Positions 19,282 through 29,142 of a stretch of DNA of 64,000 nucleotides are shown piece by piece. Numbering within the stretch: the first letter of the stretch is position 1; every line of letters begins with the position of its first letter. The notes under the pieces are model-generated. The model saw only the letters and a program-made list of their open reading frames with translations. It ran no database searches and had not been told where the DNA came from. Source of the DNA: an uncultured virus (IMG/VR IMGVR_UViG_3300028840_003545) (Duplodnaviria; Heunggongvirae; Uroviricota; Caudoviricetes). The stretch lies in IMG/VR virus record IMGVR_UViG_3300028840_003545, one strand, 5' to 3'. The position numbers and the translations under genes are program-made.

Positions 19282-20556
19282 TTAAGGTGTTTTATTGTAA
19301 ATTCCACCACCAGTTAAACTTCTACTAACTTCCACATCGGTATATTCCTGAATATAATTCCAACTTAATGATTGTGTACCATTTCCACTTGGAATTAAAT
19401 ATATTCTAGACATACTTGGAACATATATTCCACCTCTAGATCTAACGACTGTAACAGGATTATAAGCAACTACTTCACCTGTTTTGCCGTCAATGTAATG
19501 CAAAGTGGATTGTGTAGCTTGGTTCATTGGAGCCATGTATATTCTGTTTGTAACTGGTGAATACGATGCTCCCTCATAAGCATAATTTTCAGTTGTTACA
19601 CCATTTTCATATGCTACTACTTGATTTGTATCACAATCAATGTAATGCCAATAAACTTCTGGCCCCTGTGAATACGGTATGAAATATATCCTTTTTAATG
19701 TTGGGGCAAAAATTGCTCCAATATATGCTCCTGAGCTGAATTGACCAGACACTGTACTTAGTATATTGATAGAACCGTCATTGCAATCTAAATACGCTAC
19801 TCCATCTGTTGCTGGAAAATAATATGGTGCAAAATAAATCCTATTATTTATTGGATCGTATGCTCCTCCAGCACACGTATTTGGAACTGGTGTAGTAGGG
19901 GTGTAAGCTTCAATATTTTTAGTATCACAATTTACATAATGATAATCACCTTGATCGTATTGTGAACCAGGAGAAAAATACACCCTGTTTTGAAGTGGAG
20001 AGAATATAGCTCCAAGGTATGAATAATTAGCTACAACTCCAATTCCGTGTGTATAAGCGACTACCTCACCTGTTTTACCATCAATATAATGCCATTTGGA
20101 CTCCGGACCTTGAGCATACGGACTCATCCATATTATATCATTATAAGGATCGTAACATCCATAGTAATACGCTTCACTAACTGGGGTATCAGCACCTAAA
20201 TTATGAGCGTAAGTAACAACTTCACCAGTATTACAATCAATGTAATGCCAATTTGCCTGATTTGCAATCGCAGAAGGTATTAAATATATACGATTTAGTG
20301 TTGGCGCATATACTGCTCCGTGATATGCAGAAAATCCCAATGAACCTACACCTGTAACGTATTCTCCTACCCCAAATTCACACTTCTGAGCTTTACGATG
20401 TATAGGATCAAGATAATTCCTCAATCCTTGGTAACTAGTGTTATTAAAACATAAATCAGGTATAACCCCATTGTGCTCTGCAATGCGTTCATAAAGTTTA
20501 CGTAATTGTTGTTGAATACCTAATTGAGTATTTGATGACAAAATTGGTAATTTCAT
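19282..20556 (-). CDS. beta-propeller repeat protein (putative spike)
   Basis: About seven ~50-aa repeats Y.GA.Y.P..NRIY..P....WHYID..TGEVVAY. Confidence 0.65.
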   Translation of the reverse strand: MKLPILSSNTQLGIQQQLRKLYERIAEHNGVIPDLCFNNTSYQGLRNYLDPIHRKAQKCEFGVGEYVTGVGSLGFSAYHGAVYAPTLNRIYLIPSAIANQANWHYIDCNTGEVVTYAHNLGADTPVSEAYYYGCYDPYNDIIWMSPYAQGPESKWHYIDGKTGEVVAYTHGIGVVANYSYLGAIFSPLQNRVYFSPGSQYDQGDYHYVNCDTKNIEAYTPTTPVPNTCAGGAYDPINNRIYFAPYYFPATDGVAYLDCNDGSINILSTVSGQFSSGAYIGAIFAPTLKRIYFIPYSQGPEVYWHYIDCDTNQVVAYENGVTTENYAYEGASYSPVTNRIYMAPMNQATQSTLHYIDGKTGEVVAYNPVTVVRSRGGIYVPSMSRIYLIPSGNGTQSLSWNYIQEYTDVEVSRSLTGGGIYNKTP

Positions 20557-20557
20557 T

Positions 20558-21349
20558 TCAACCTCTTACAATAATCGGACCTTCATCTTTACTTTCTAAA
20601 TCAGCCCATACTATTAAAGTAGCTACAAGTCCAACAGTAAATACACCTAATGCTATTACTCCCCAAGGTAAACCATCTTCAACTTTACTATCTTTTTTAT
20701 CTCCTACGACAACTTCACCTTCTTGCTCTATAATAGGAGGAGGTTGCTTAGTAGACTGACTAGCAAATTTTTGTGACTGAACTTGATCATTGCCTAATAT
20801 ATCACCCCACCATCTAGCATAAGCCTCACCTAATGCTATCTCGTCTGGTGTGGGCCAATGATCTGGTAGTTCACTAACAGATTGACATTTATGTGGATCA
20901 AACTTGAAGTGTGGACCCCAATATTTCGTATTATCAACTGTACTATTATTTTGATAACAATAGGAACCTACTGCCTTTGATTTAGATGCTAAAAATTGAC
21001 CTAACCAATATCCGCAATTGCCATATTTTATCTGTGTTAATAAAGTTTCCACTTGCAATATATTATGTGAAAAAACCCATCTACAAAAAGCACCCCATTG
21101 TTCCCAATCTACTGATTGAAATGACGGTCTAGATATGAATGTTTTACATGGATCAGTTGAAACGACATCCATTAAAAGATTAATGTACATCTCATTAGTA
21201 TCAAAGCCATATTCAGCTCCCCATGTATGCTGTTGCTCTATATGTGCTATTTTGTATGCTCTACCCCAATCTAATTGATTGTCCCAGAATAAAAACTGAG
21301 TATTGGCTGGTAAATCTTGAACGCGTCCATTAGTTGCATAAAGTGGCAT
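20558..21349 (-). CDS. putative virion membrane protein, C-terminal TM
   Basis: GLPWGVIALGVFTVGLVATLIVWA. Confidence 0.55.
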   Translation of the reverse strand: MPLYATNGRVQDLPANTQFLFWDNQLDWGRAYKIAHIEQQHTWGAEYGFDTNEMYINLLMDVVSTDPCKTFISRPSFQSVDWEQWGAFCRWVFSHNILQVETLLTQIKYGNCGYWLGQFLASKSKAVGSYCYQNNSTVDNTKYWGPHFKFDPHKCQSVSELPDHWPTPDEIALGEAYARWWGDILGNDQVQSQKFASQSTKQPPPIIEQEGEVVVGDKKDSKVEDGLPWGVIALGVFTVGLVATLIVWADLESKDEGPIIVRG

Positions 21350-21352
21350 TTT

Positions 21353-21724
21353 TCACCTACTAGCTAACCAAATTATTCCTGTAACTATACTTCCTATTAT
21401 TGCTACAACTCCAGTTATGCTAGTAACAACACCACCAAAAGTTTGCACTTTTTTTAAAACTATTTCAGAATTTGTTAGCTCATCTTTATATGCTTTATCT
21501 ATTTTTTCGCTAATTCTAGCTGTTTCATTTTTAGTATCAACAACAGTTTTGGCTATACCGTCTCCCTTTTCTCCAGTAGCCTCGTTAGGAGGTTTTCCAA
21601 TAGCTTTTAATGCGGACGACACTTCACCAGTTAAAGTACCAACGCTAGCTTCCATTTCGTCGACCCTCCCTACCAAACTATCAAATTCACGCCTTGTTAT
21701 CTCCGACGGCATTTTTAGTTCCAT
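21353..21724 (-). CDS. coiled-coil protein with C-terminal TM (holin-like or virion membrane protein)
   Basis: Heptad N-terminus, hydrophobic C-terminus. Confidence 0.45.
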   Translation of the reverse strand: MELKMPSEITRREFDSLVGRVDEMEASVGTLTGEVSSALKAIGKPPNEATGEKGDGIAKTVVDTKNETARISEKIDKAYKDELTNSEIVLKKVQTFGGVVTSITGVVAIIGSIVTGIIWLASR

Positions 21725-22954
21725 TCTTCTTATCTAGGATGTAAGATAGAACGTTTACACCAGCTAAAGCTAGAACAGAAATCCAAAGAGATCTAACTAG
21801 CACTGGTGCTAACGCTCTAGCCGTAAATACAGCGTTTTCCCCACCCCCCATATGTCTAACCAAACAAGCAATAATAGATATGGTAAAAATGAGTAAAGTT
21901 ACTCTAAAAAGACCATCTATTATTGGATACTTTTTTCTGATAGATGCTGCCAAACCTGCGGTTATTATCGTAATATGTTCATCACCAAAATTTAATTCTT
22001 CCATTACTATCCCCTAAAAAGATCTTCAATTTCATCCGCAGTTACTTCTAAATATGCTGCGGATTGATCATGTAATTCGGCAGATTCTTTCCAAGCAAAT
22101 GGCTGATTAGTATTTCCATGTTTAGCTAAACTAAGCGCTTCTGCTCTTCTTTGAAGCTCGAATCCAGCTAAAATACGTAAAATTTCAGGTACATCATATT
22201 TGATTATTAAACGTTTAAATGTTTCATAATCTTCTCTAGCTATAGTAACCATGAAAATTAGTCTTCACTGCCATCATCTGGCATTGAATCGTACCAAAGA
22301 CTTAATACTCTAATAGCATATTTTAAATCCCTTTTATCTTGTCTAGTTACTCCCTTAGCTTTACGATAATCTCTTTCAAGATTATTTAAAGCACTACCTA
22401 CCGTATTTTTAGTAAGTAATTTTTCATTTTTAGTTCCAATTGAACTGGCAACGGCATAAACAGGATCCCATTGTCCACCATGCCAAGCATATAAAGTAGG
22501 TTTGATGTCTTGATCAATTTCAATTACTACAGTGTGCATTAAAAATTCTCCGGTTCCTCTAAATCTGAAACATGTGATACTATATCTTCTTCTCTTTTCT
22601 TTTTATCTAAATACATCTTATAACTAAGAAGCATAGATCCAAAAGATGAAATCGCTAAAACAACAAATGCTCCTACATGTAATGATCTCCACCTATCTTC
22701 TTTTTCTTTAACTATCTCAGTAGGTGCGGCTAAATTAGTCGCTACTTGTGTAGTTGAATGTGGGATAGAAGCGGGAAGAACCATGCCCGGAGGTAAGGAG
22801 CGAGAAGGACCGCGCGTGCCAAAATTTGCCCGCGTAGGTGGCCCTGAAAGCCAGCGCTGGGGGGTGTATCCCTTAACCGACCACGGGCGACTCACGCCCC
22901 AAGGATGCCGCACCTCATCGTCTTTATTAAATTCATCCATTTAATTACCAATTG

Positions 22955-23323
22955 TTATGGTGCTTTTACATAACAAAGATATGCAAATATGCAATAGCTA
23001 ACTACTGCACTAGCAAATCCAAATGCTAAAGTATCCGTAAGTATGTAACTTATTTGTAAATCTGTTAACGTTAGAGAATTTACTGAACGTAAAAAGTACA
23101 GCATTCCCATAAACAAACCGGTCCAGAAACCAGTACAAAGACAACAACCTAAAAGAGTCGCTGGCCTTTTAGTGGCCTCTGGACCTGTATCGAATAAATT
23201 ATGTGGAGGTAATCCGCGATTGCCTATAGGTGGCGGAAAGAAGTTACGTATAGGTGCTGCAATCTTGGACATAACCAAGACTACGCTTAATCCTGCTGCG
23301 GCTAATATATACAGAAGCCACAT
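22955..23323 (-). CDS. DUF1360-like membrane protein
   Basis: LLGCCLCTGFW motif flanked by TM helices. Confidence 0.55.
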   Translation of the reverse strand: MWLLYILAAAGLSVVLVMSKIAAPIRNFFPPPIGNRGLPPHNLFDTGPEATKRPATLLGCCLCTGFWTGLFMGMLYFLRSVNSLTLTDLQISYILTDTLAFGFASAVVSYCIFAYLCYVKAP

Positions 23324-23518
23324 TACTTAATAAATCCTCTTTTACGAGATTCTTCGATAAGCTTTTCAAGACTTGACTTATTTAATGTTACGGTTTGACC
23401 ATGTTCAGTTAAAACTATCTTATCTTCATCAAAGATAGCATCTGGACAACAACCGTTACCACATTTTAGCTCTACTAGTTCAACTTTACTCATGGGTAGC
23501 CTCCATTTAGACAACACA

Positions 23519-23547
23519 AGACTACCACATACTCATGCGGTAGTCAA
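23519..23547 (-). promoter_or_regulatory. sigma70-type promoter overlapped by an inverted repeat
   Basis: TTGACT-N17-TAGTCT; GACTACC(A/G)CAT...ATG(C/T)GGTAGTC dyad. Confidence 0.55.
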
Positions 23548-24063
23548 TCAGATGATTGGATTATAGATACCACAGCAAGGTTCTAAAACTACCCTAACTA
23601 AAGGATTAGTTACAGTAACATAAGAAGTTTCATCTAGAAGCCAACCAACTTGCTTTATCCAAGTTCCAGCTCCACCCGGAGCTGATATATCTCCTAAACC
23701 ATCTACACCACCCACATATACAACATCACTAGGACTTGGAGCTATCGCATTTATAAGTCTAACATCAGCTTCACCAGCAAATCTAAAGAATCCCCATTCT
23801 CCTGCCGGTAAGCTATCAGCTAAACATACTACTGGAGTATCTCCGAATAAATACGTGGTTGGAGTGACTCTGTTATCTGCATCAAATCTGCAAAGCATCC
23901 CCTTAGTAATAGGAGACGCATCACCATTTAAAAGATACAAGACACCAGTTTCTGGATTATGAAGTAGCTTTGTTAAAAGACCACGAATACGTGCTAATGC
24001 TACAGCAGTTGGTCCATCTGAAACAGGCGATTTCTGAGTAGAAAATGCTTGCAAATTAAACAT
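23548..24063 (-). CDS. putative capsid decoration/spike-base protein (paralog 1 of 3)
   Basis: FNLQAFSTQKS N-terminus, GFFRFAGEAD core, C-terminal CC. Confidence 0.5.
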   Translation of the reverse strand: MFNLQAFSTQKSPVSDGPTAVALARIRGLLTKLLHNPETGVLYLLNGDASPITKGMLCRFDADNRVTPTTYLFGDTPVVCLADSLPAGEWGFFRFAGEADVRLINAIAPSPSDVVYVGGVDGLGDISAPGGAGTWIKQVGWLLDETSYVTVTNPLVRVVLEPCCGIYNPII

Positions 24064-24078
24064 TATTTACCCTTTCAA

Positions 24079-24627
24079 TTATGCTTGAATTTGGTTCTCA
24101 CAACACTTATCTAATATCATCCTAACGAAAAGATTAACTGGTGGACCAGCAGTATATTGAGAAGCATCTTTAATGTATCCTACTTTTCTAACCCATTCAT
24201 TATTTCCAGTAGGTGCTACATTTGTTCCAGATCCATATACAGTCGTACTAACATAAACTGACTCGCCAGCGCCAGGAGTTAGAGATGGTTCTAATATAGT
24301 ATCAGCTTCTCCAGCAAACCTAAAGAAACCCTTTTCGCCAGGCTCTACTAAATCAGATAAACATACAGCAAAGCCTCTACAGGTAAATGGTTGTCCTGGT
24401 CCATCGTCTGCATACGCTCTAACACATTGATAAATTTCATTATCTAGAGCTACAATTTTACCTTTAACAATATCTTCAACTACCTCACCACTTGTTAACT
24501 CTATAACACCAGTTTCTGGACTGTGGAGTAATTTAGTTAAAAGTGATCTTATTTTATTCAAAGCATTAGCAACGCTACCATCACTTACGCCAGACTTTTG
24601 GGTAGAAAATGCTTGCAAATTAAACAT
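24079..24627 (-). CDS. putative capsid decoration/spike-base protein (paralog 2 of 3)
   Basis: Same motifs as the 23548 gene. Confidence 0.5.
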   Translation of the reverse strand: MFNLQAFSTQKSGVSDGSVANALNKIRSLLTKLLHSPETGVIELTSGEVVEDIVKGKIVALDNEIYQCVRAYADDGPGQPFTCRGFAVCLSDLVEPGEKGFFRFAGEADTILEPSLTPGAGESVYVSTTVYGSGTNVAPTGNNEWVRKVGYIKDASQYTAGPPVNLFVRMILDKCCENQIQA

Positions 24628-24652
24628 TATTATCTCTCCTGATTGTTACCAT

Positions 24653-25174
24653 TTATGCCACTTGTGGACAGCAAAATTCTGTAACTATACGAACTAACGG
24701 ATTGGTAACGGTAACATATTCAGTAGCGTCAACTATAAGACCAACTCTTCTAAGTACAGCTGTTGCCTGATTTGTACCCAAACCATCTGTTGTAGAAAGA
24801 TTGATAGCCTGTGCTTCATCTAAATCAACTAGTCCATTTACTAGTCTTACGTCAGCTTCACCTTTAAATCTAAAATATCCCCAAGCCGATGGGGCAACGC
24901 TATCTGATAAACAAACAGCGAAACCTCTCTCTGCTGCCGGTGCGCCACCTTCAACGGCTCTTACGCATTCATTGGCTCCTGTTGATATAGCAACTATCAT
25001 TCCTTTAGTAATATTAACTGCTCCTTCATCGCTTTGAAGGTGTAAAACACCAGTCTCTGGACTATGCAGCAGATCATTTAGAAGATCTCTAATACGATTT
25101 AACGCATTAGCTGTTGCCCCATCAGAAACAAGTGATTTTTGTGCAGAAAAACCTTGCAAATTAAAGATACCCAT
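24653..25174 (-). CDS. putative capsid decoration/spike-base protein (paralog 3 of 3)
   Basis: Same motifs as the 23548 gene. Confidence 0.5.
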   Translation of the reverse strand: MGIFNLQGFSAQKSLVSDGATANALNRIRDLLNDLLHSPETGVLHLQSDEGAVNITKGMIVAISTGANECVRAVEGGAPAAERGFAVCLSDSVAPSAWGYFRFKGEADVRLVNGLVDLDEAQAINLSTTDGLGTNQATAVLRRVGLIVDATEYVTVTNPLVRIVTEFCCPQVA

Positions 25175-25189
25175 TTATGTGTCCTCCAA

Positions 25190-25582
25190 TTAGTCTTTAT
25201 CTCTTACTTTGTCAACCAAGTACCATATTCCGCCTACAGTGCCAGCGGTACTAACAGCAAACATAACTATACCTAAAACAGCCATTCCTGCACCAATGCC
25301 ACCCGCTGCGCCAGCCATTGTATCAGTGTCGCTATACTGACCAACACCAGTGGCTACTAAAGGACTACCAGGTACCCAAGACATAGGAATGCGAATCTTT
25401 TGTCCTACTCTAATATCTTTTAAAGTGGGAATAGACTTTCCCATATAATCAAAATAATCTCTTGGTACCTGTGGATTGGCAGCAACTATTTCTGTAAATC
25501 GCCATGGATTTCCAGTAAACTTCTTTGCAATTCCTGCTAAGGTATCACCGTATTCAATTGTATAAACTTGGTATTCCATCAT
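25190..25582 (-). CDS. LysM-domain protein with C-terminal TM
   Basis: YTIEYGDTLAGIAKKF...IVAANP...IRVGQKIRIP. Confidence 0.85.
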   Translation of the reverse strand: MMEYQVYTIEYGDTLAGIAKKFTGNPWRFTEIVAANPQVPRDYFDYMGKSIPTLKDIRVGQKIRIPMSWVPGSPLVATGVGQYSDTDTMAGAAGGIGAGMAVLGIVMFAVSTAGTVGGIWYLVDKVRDKD

Positions 25583-25614
25583 TTATTCTCCAAAAAAAGT
25601 ATCACAAACAACAA

Positions 25615-26436
25615 TCACTTGTGGTATCTAGCCTTTTTAGGAAGAAATCTTCCTTTAGAATCACGCTTCATGCTTTTTGCTCTTTTAGATGCAGCACGAC
25701 GCTTCATAAACTTAGGCTTAGGTTCACTAACGCCTGATTTCTTAGGCTTCTCACTATCTCTTGCGGCTAAATAGACACCACCGCCACCTACTCCAATAGC
25801 AGCAATACCAATTAGGCCCCATGCCCACCAAGGTAAACCTAACCAACCTTCAGATACTTCTTTATCAGTAACATCTACTGTTATAGTGGTATCTCCGCCA
25901 CCTGTGCCGCCACCTGTACCTGGATCTTTATATACAGGAGCGGGTCCAGTACACCCGCCAGCCGCGTTAGCAATATCCATAAACGTTTGACCACTAGCAT
26001 CTAAATACTTTTGACTTTCTGGTCCCCAAGCTCCATCTGGATTAGGATTACCAGTTATCATTTGAACGTAGTAAATAGTCGCTGGATCAGTACATGCTTT
26101 ACTAGGATCATATCCTTGAGGAATATTGCCACCAGTGCCAGGATCATCTACAGGATAATCTCCACCCATAGCATCATAAGCTTTTCTACATTTTTCTAAT
26201 TCTCGATTAAATCTAGCGTCATCCCATGAATCACCAGACGCTTGTTCTGCTTCTGCAGCACAAATGAATGCATAGTTTTCTCTATCATCATTTGATTGAC
26301 CTACACCCATATAATTTAACTTGGTATAAGCTTTTCTTCTATCTTGCAATGTTGCGCCAAAGCTCTGACCAATATTTCCAGCAACGCAACCACCACCACA
26401 ACCATTGACTCCAAAATTATCCATTTTACTCTCCAT
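25615..26436 (-). CDS. membrane protein with peptidoglycan-binding-like motif, TM and basic tail
   Basis: PDGAWGPES (DG.xGP.T-like); LPWWAWGLIGIAAIGVGGGGVYL TM; Lys/Arg-rich tail. Confidence 0.55.
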   Translation of the reverse strand: MESKMDNFGVNGCGGGCVAGNIGQSFGATLQDRRKAYTKLNYMGVGQSNDDRENYAFICAAEAEQASGDSWDDARFNRELEKCRKAYDAMGGDYPVDDPGTGGNIPQGYDPSKACTDPATIYYVQMITGNPNPDGAWGPESQKYLDASGQTFMDIANAAGGCTGPAPVYKDPGTGGGTGGGDTTITVDVTDKEVSEGWLGLPWWAWGLIGIAAIGVGGGGVYLAARDSEKPKKSGVSEPKPKFMKRRAASKRAKSMKRDSKGRFLPKKARYHK

Positions 26437-27399
26437 TTATGCTTTTCTAATTAAAACAACCGTTCCAGCTATCAGGGCTACTGCGACAACACCGCCAATA
26501 GCAAGTCCCCATTTTAGGCCGCTTGTGACAGCTTTATTTGCATTATCGTATTTATTGTCTACTTCTATATCTTCTATTGGAGGTACTGTACCAGGAAAAA
26601 GACCCGCCCAATCTGGATCTGGCCATTTAGACGGTATTCTTAATTTCTGTCCAGCTACCCAACCTTTCCAAAAACACTCTTTTATTATATTACCTTCTGC
26701 TCCAATGAATTCTTGAAGCGAAAATTCATCCATATAATTGACATCTCTTAATTCTCTCCATCTTATTCTGGCACCAGGTAAAAATATTCTAGAAACTGTA
26801 TAAATGGTATCACCTGGTTGAACAATGTAGTAATAGCTTTTTACTTCATTGGATGGTTTTATATCCTGACAATATACACCATACCCAGTAGGCTCACCAA
26901 CCGGAACGTGCGGAATACTTCTAGCTACAGGGAATACTATATCTGTATCTAATTTTTCTTTAAATCTTCTTTGATCTTCAGTTACACCAAGAGCTAAAGC
27001 TGTGCCAGTTACACCAGTCCAGTTATTAGCTTGATAACCATGATGTCTTTTGCAAGCATTATACTTAGGTCCCCAAGATTTATTAGTATAAACAGGAAAG
27101 TCAGGCCAATTGCCTGGTATCTTTATATCCCATGGCCCTGGAGCCATTATGTAACTAACGTCACCGTTGCCCCAGTCTGCATAATGCATAGGAATATGAG
27201 GATTAGCTCCCCACAATTCAGCTAATTTATCTCTAAAATCTTCTTCTGAAATCTGATTTTTGCAAACTGCTCCAAACATACACCTTACTAAGTTATTATC
27301 AAAGAAATCTTCATTACCAGCCAAACAACAGAAATCTGGGTAATTTAAAGTATATGGTTTTACTGCTGGAACATCTGCCCTTCTAGGCCACGGTTGCAT
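26437..27399 (-). CDS. LysM-like protein with C-terminal TM
   Basis: YYIVQPGDTIYTVSR...GQKLRIP..WP; C-terminal hydrophobic helix followed by RK. Confidence 0.7.
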   Translation of the reverse strand: MQPWPRRADVPAVKPYTLNYPDFCCLAGNEDFFDNNLVRCMFGAVCKNQISEEDFRDKLAELWGANPHIPMHYADWGNGDVSYIMAPGPWDIKIPGNWPDFPVYTNKSWGPKYNACKRHHGYQANNWTGVTGTALALGVTEDQRRFKEKLDTDIVFPVARSIPHVPVGEPTGYGVYCQDIKPSNEVKSYYYIVQPGDTIYTVSRIFLPGARIRWRELRDVNYMDEFSLQEFIGAEGNIIKECFWKGWVAGQKLRIPSKWPDPDWAGLFPGTVPPIEDIEVDNKYDNANKAVTSGLKWGLAIGGVVAVALIAGTVVLIRKA

Positions 27400-27410
27400 T
27401 ATTTACTCCA

Positions 27411-27785
27411 TTATTCGTCTTCATTGGAAGCTAAATATGCTAATGTACCACTAGCTACGCTACCAATTGCATTACCAACTAAAAATCCAATTGCACCGCT
27501 AACTAAACCACCAAATAGAAATCCACCAACTCCAAGTATTACAGCGTGAGAACGTTTAATATAAACAGTATCTCCTACTGTTACTGTATTTCTGTCTGGA
27601 CTAATATGTAAAATGGAACCTACCGGTTCGACATTCTTTTTACATTCTTCAACTATCATATTAATAATTTCATCGTGCGTATATCCAGAATCTATAAGAA
27701 TACCAATTTCACCACTTTCAAACATGCGCTCAGTTGTTTCGTTAGCGCATGCTTCTACTTCTGGACTTAAAAGTTCGTCACTCAT
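27411..27785 (-). CDS. small Cys-pair helical membrane protein
   Basis: PEVEAC...SG...DSGYTHDEI...EECKK plus C-terminal TM; start reassigned to MSDELL. Confidence 0.55.
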   Translation of the reverse strand: MSDELLSPEVEACANETTERMFESGEIGILIDSGYTHDEIINMIVEECKKNVEPVGSILHISPDRNTVTVGDTVYIKRSHAVILGVGGFLFGGLVSGAIGFLVGNAIGSVASGTLAYLASNEDE

Positions 27786-28078
27786 TTTCGCCCTATAAAA
27801 TAACCAATCAATCCACCTACTGCTACACCTACTAAACCAGTTGCTCCAGCCCAATAATACTTATTCATATTAAACAGTCTTGACTCTTCTGTCAACCTTT
27901 GCTGACAATCCATCTCTATATCTGTTAAAAGCTGTTTTTCTGCCTGTTCTTTCGTCCAGCCGTTATTTAGTTTTTCGTTTACATATGCAACATACTGACC
28001 ATTAGCTACCATCAGTTGAGCAGTATTATAAACACATGCCTGAACTTCAGGGGTATTTGGATAATAATTAGTAATCAT
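27782..28078 (-). CDS. small Cys-pair helical membrane protein
   Basis: PEVQAC...NG...NNGWTKEQ...DCQQ plus C-terminal TM ending GRK. Confidence 0.55.
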   Translation of the reverse strand: MITNYYPNTPEVQACVYNTAQLMVANGQYVAYVNEKLNNGWTKEQAEKQLLTDIEMDCQQRLTEESRLFNMNKYYWAGATGLVGVAVGGLIGYFIGRK

Positions 28079-28536
28079 AAGTTCTTACCAATCAAAACGC
28101 CAACAATACCACTTACGATTGCTGTTCCAGCTACTACTGCTATAACAGTACCAGTTTTAACAGTAACCGGTTTACCTAAAGCTGTATGTTCTTTACTATC
28201 ATCCTCTAACTGCTTGGCGCATTCTGCCCATATTGCATCTGTAATTTGTTCATCAGTATAACCTGCATCTAATAGTCTTTGATAATCTCCAGAGTTTTTA
28301 GCTTTTTCTATAGCTGTATCAGTGCATACTGCAATTTCATTTACAGCGCCTACGCCTACCATACGTGGACTAAATTGCTCATTCCACCAGTTTTGCTGAA
28401 CTACTGGTGCATCTGAATATCCACTTGGATTAAAGCCGAATTCGTTACCCCACCAATTTGATGATTTATTACATTCATTTCCGCATCCACCACATTGTCC
28501 ATTACAATTGCCACTACAGCTTTTACAATTACCCAT
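28075..28536 (-). CDS. small Cys-pair helical membrane protein with Cys-rich N-terminus
   Basis: EIAVC...SG...DAGYTDEQI...ECAKQ plus C-terminal TM; start at MGNCK after GGAG. Confidence 0.55.
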   Translation of the reverse strand: MGNCKSCSGNCNGQCGGCGNECNKSSNWWGNEFGFNPSGYSDAPVVQQNWWNEQFSPRMVGVGAVNEIAVCTDTAIEKAKNSGDYQRLLDAGYTDEQITDAIWAECAKQLEDDSKEHTALGKPVTVKTGTVIAVVAGTAIVSGIVGVLIGKNL

Positions 28537-28601
28537 TTTAGTCTCCAAAAAAAAGTTGTGATATGGGGGAATTAATCCCCCAAAACTCAAATAAAATAAT
28601 A

Positions 28602-29117
28602 TCAGTCCATTAGCTTCATGGTTCCGATTGTAGCACCTACACCTAGCGCAGTGCCAACTACTGCAGAACCAATAATTAGAAGCCATGGTATATGAATCAT
28701 CATTTCATTATCACTGCACGCTGCTCTAGATATAATATCCCAACGTTTATCAGCGCTTTCCTGACCGTACTTTTCCACAAGTGCGGTATACATAGGATTA
28801 CTAGTAACCTTCATTGAATCCATAGCTGTAAGACATTCTTCTTGTGTTACAGCAGGAGGTGCGTCAGCTGCCTGATTTACACCAAACTGACGTCTTGCTG
28901 GACCTTGGAATCTATTAGGTATGCCTGCAACTTGACCTTGAAACATTGCCGGAACTTTATTAACAACCCAAGCGTCTGGAATTTTGACTCTATCACCAGT
29001 ACGTACCAGCTTAAAGTTGTTTAATCTAGCGATTTGATGCCAATCACTTTTACGATTGTATCTATCAGCTATGCCAGAGTAATTTCTATCGCCCATTCTT
29101 ACAGTTGTGTAATACAT
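28602..29117 (-). CDS. LysM-like protein with C-terminal TM
   Basis: YTTVRMGD..YSGIADRY...IARLN...VRTGDRVKIP. Confidence 0.7.
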   Translation of the reverse strand: MYYTTVRMGDRNYSGIADRYNRKSDWHQIARLNNFKLVRTGDRVKIPDAWVVNKVPAMFQGQVAGIPNRFQGPARRQFGVNQAADAPPAVTQEECLTAMDSMKVTSNPMYTALVEKYGQESADKRWDIISRAACSDNEMMIHIPWLLIIGSAVVGTALGVGATIGTMKLMD

Positions 29118-29142
29118 TGGTTACTCCATCGAAAAAGTTTTT

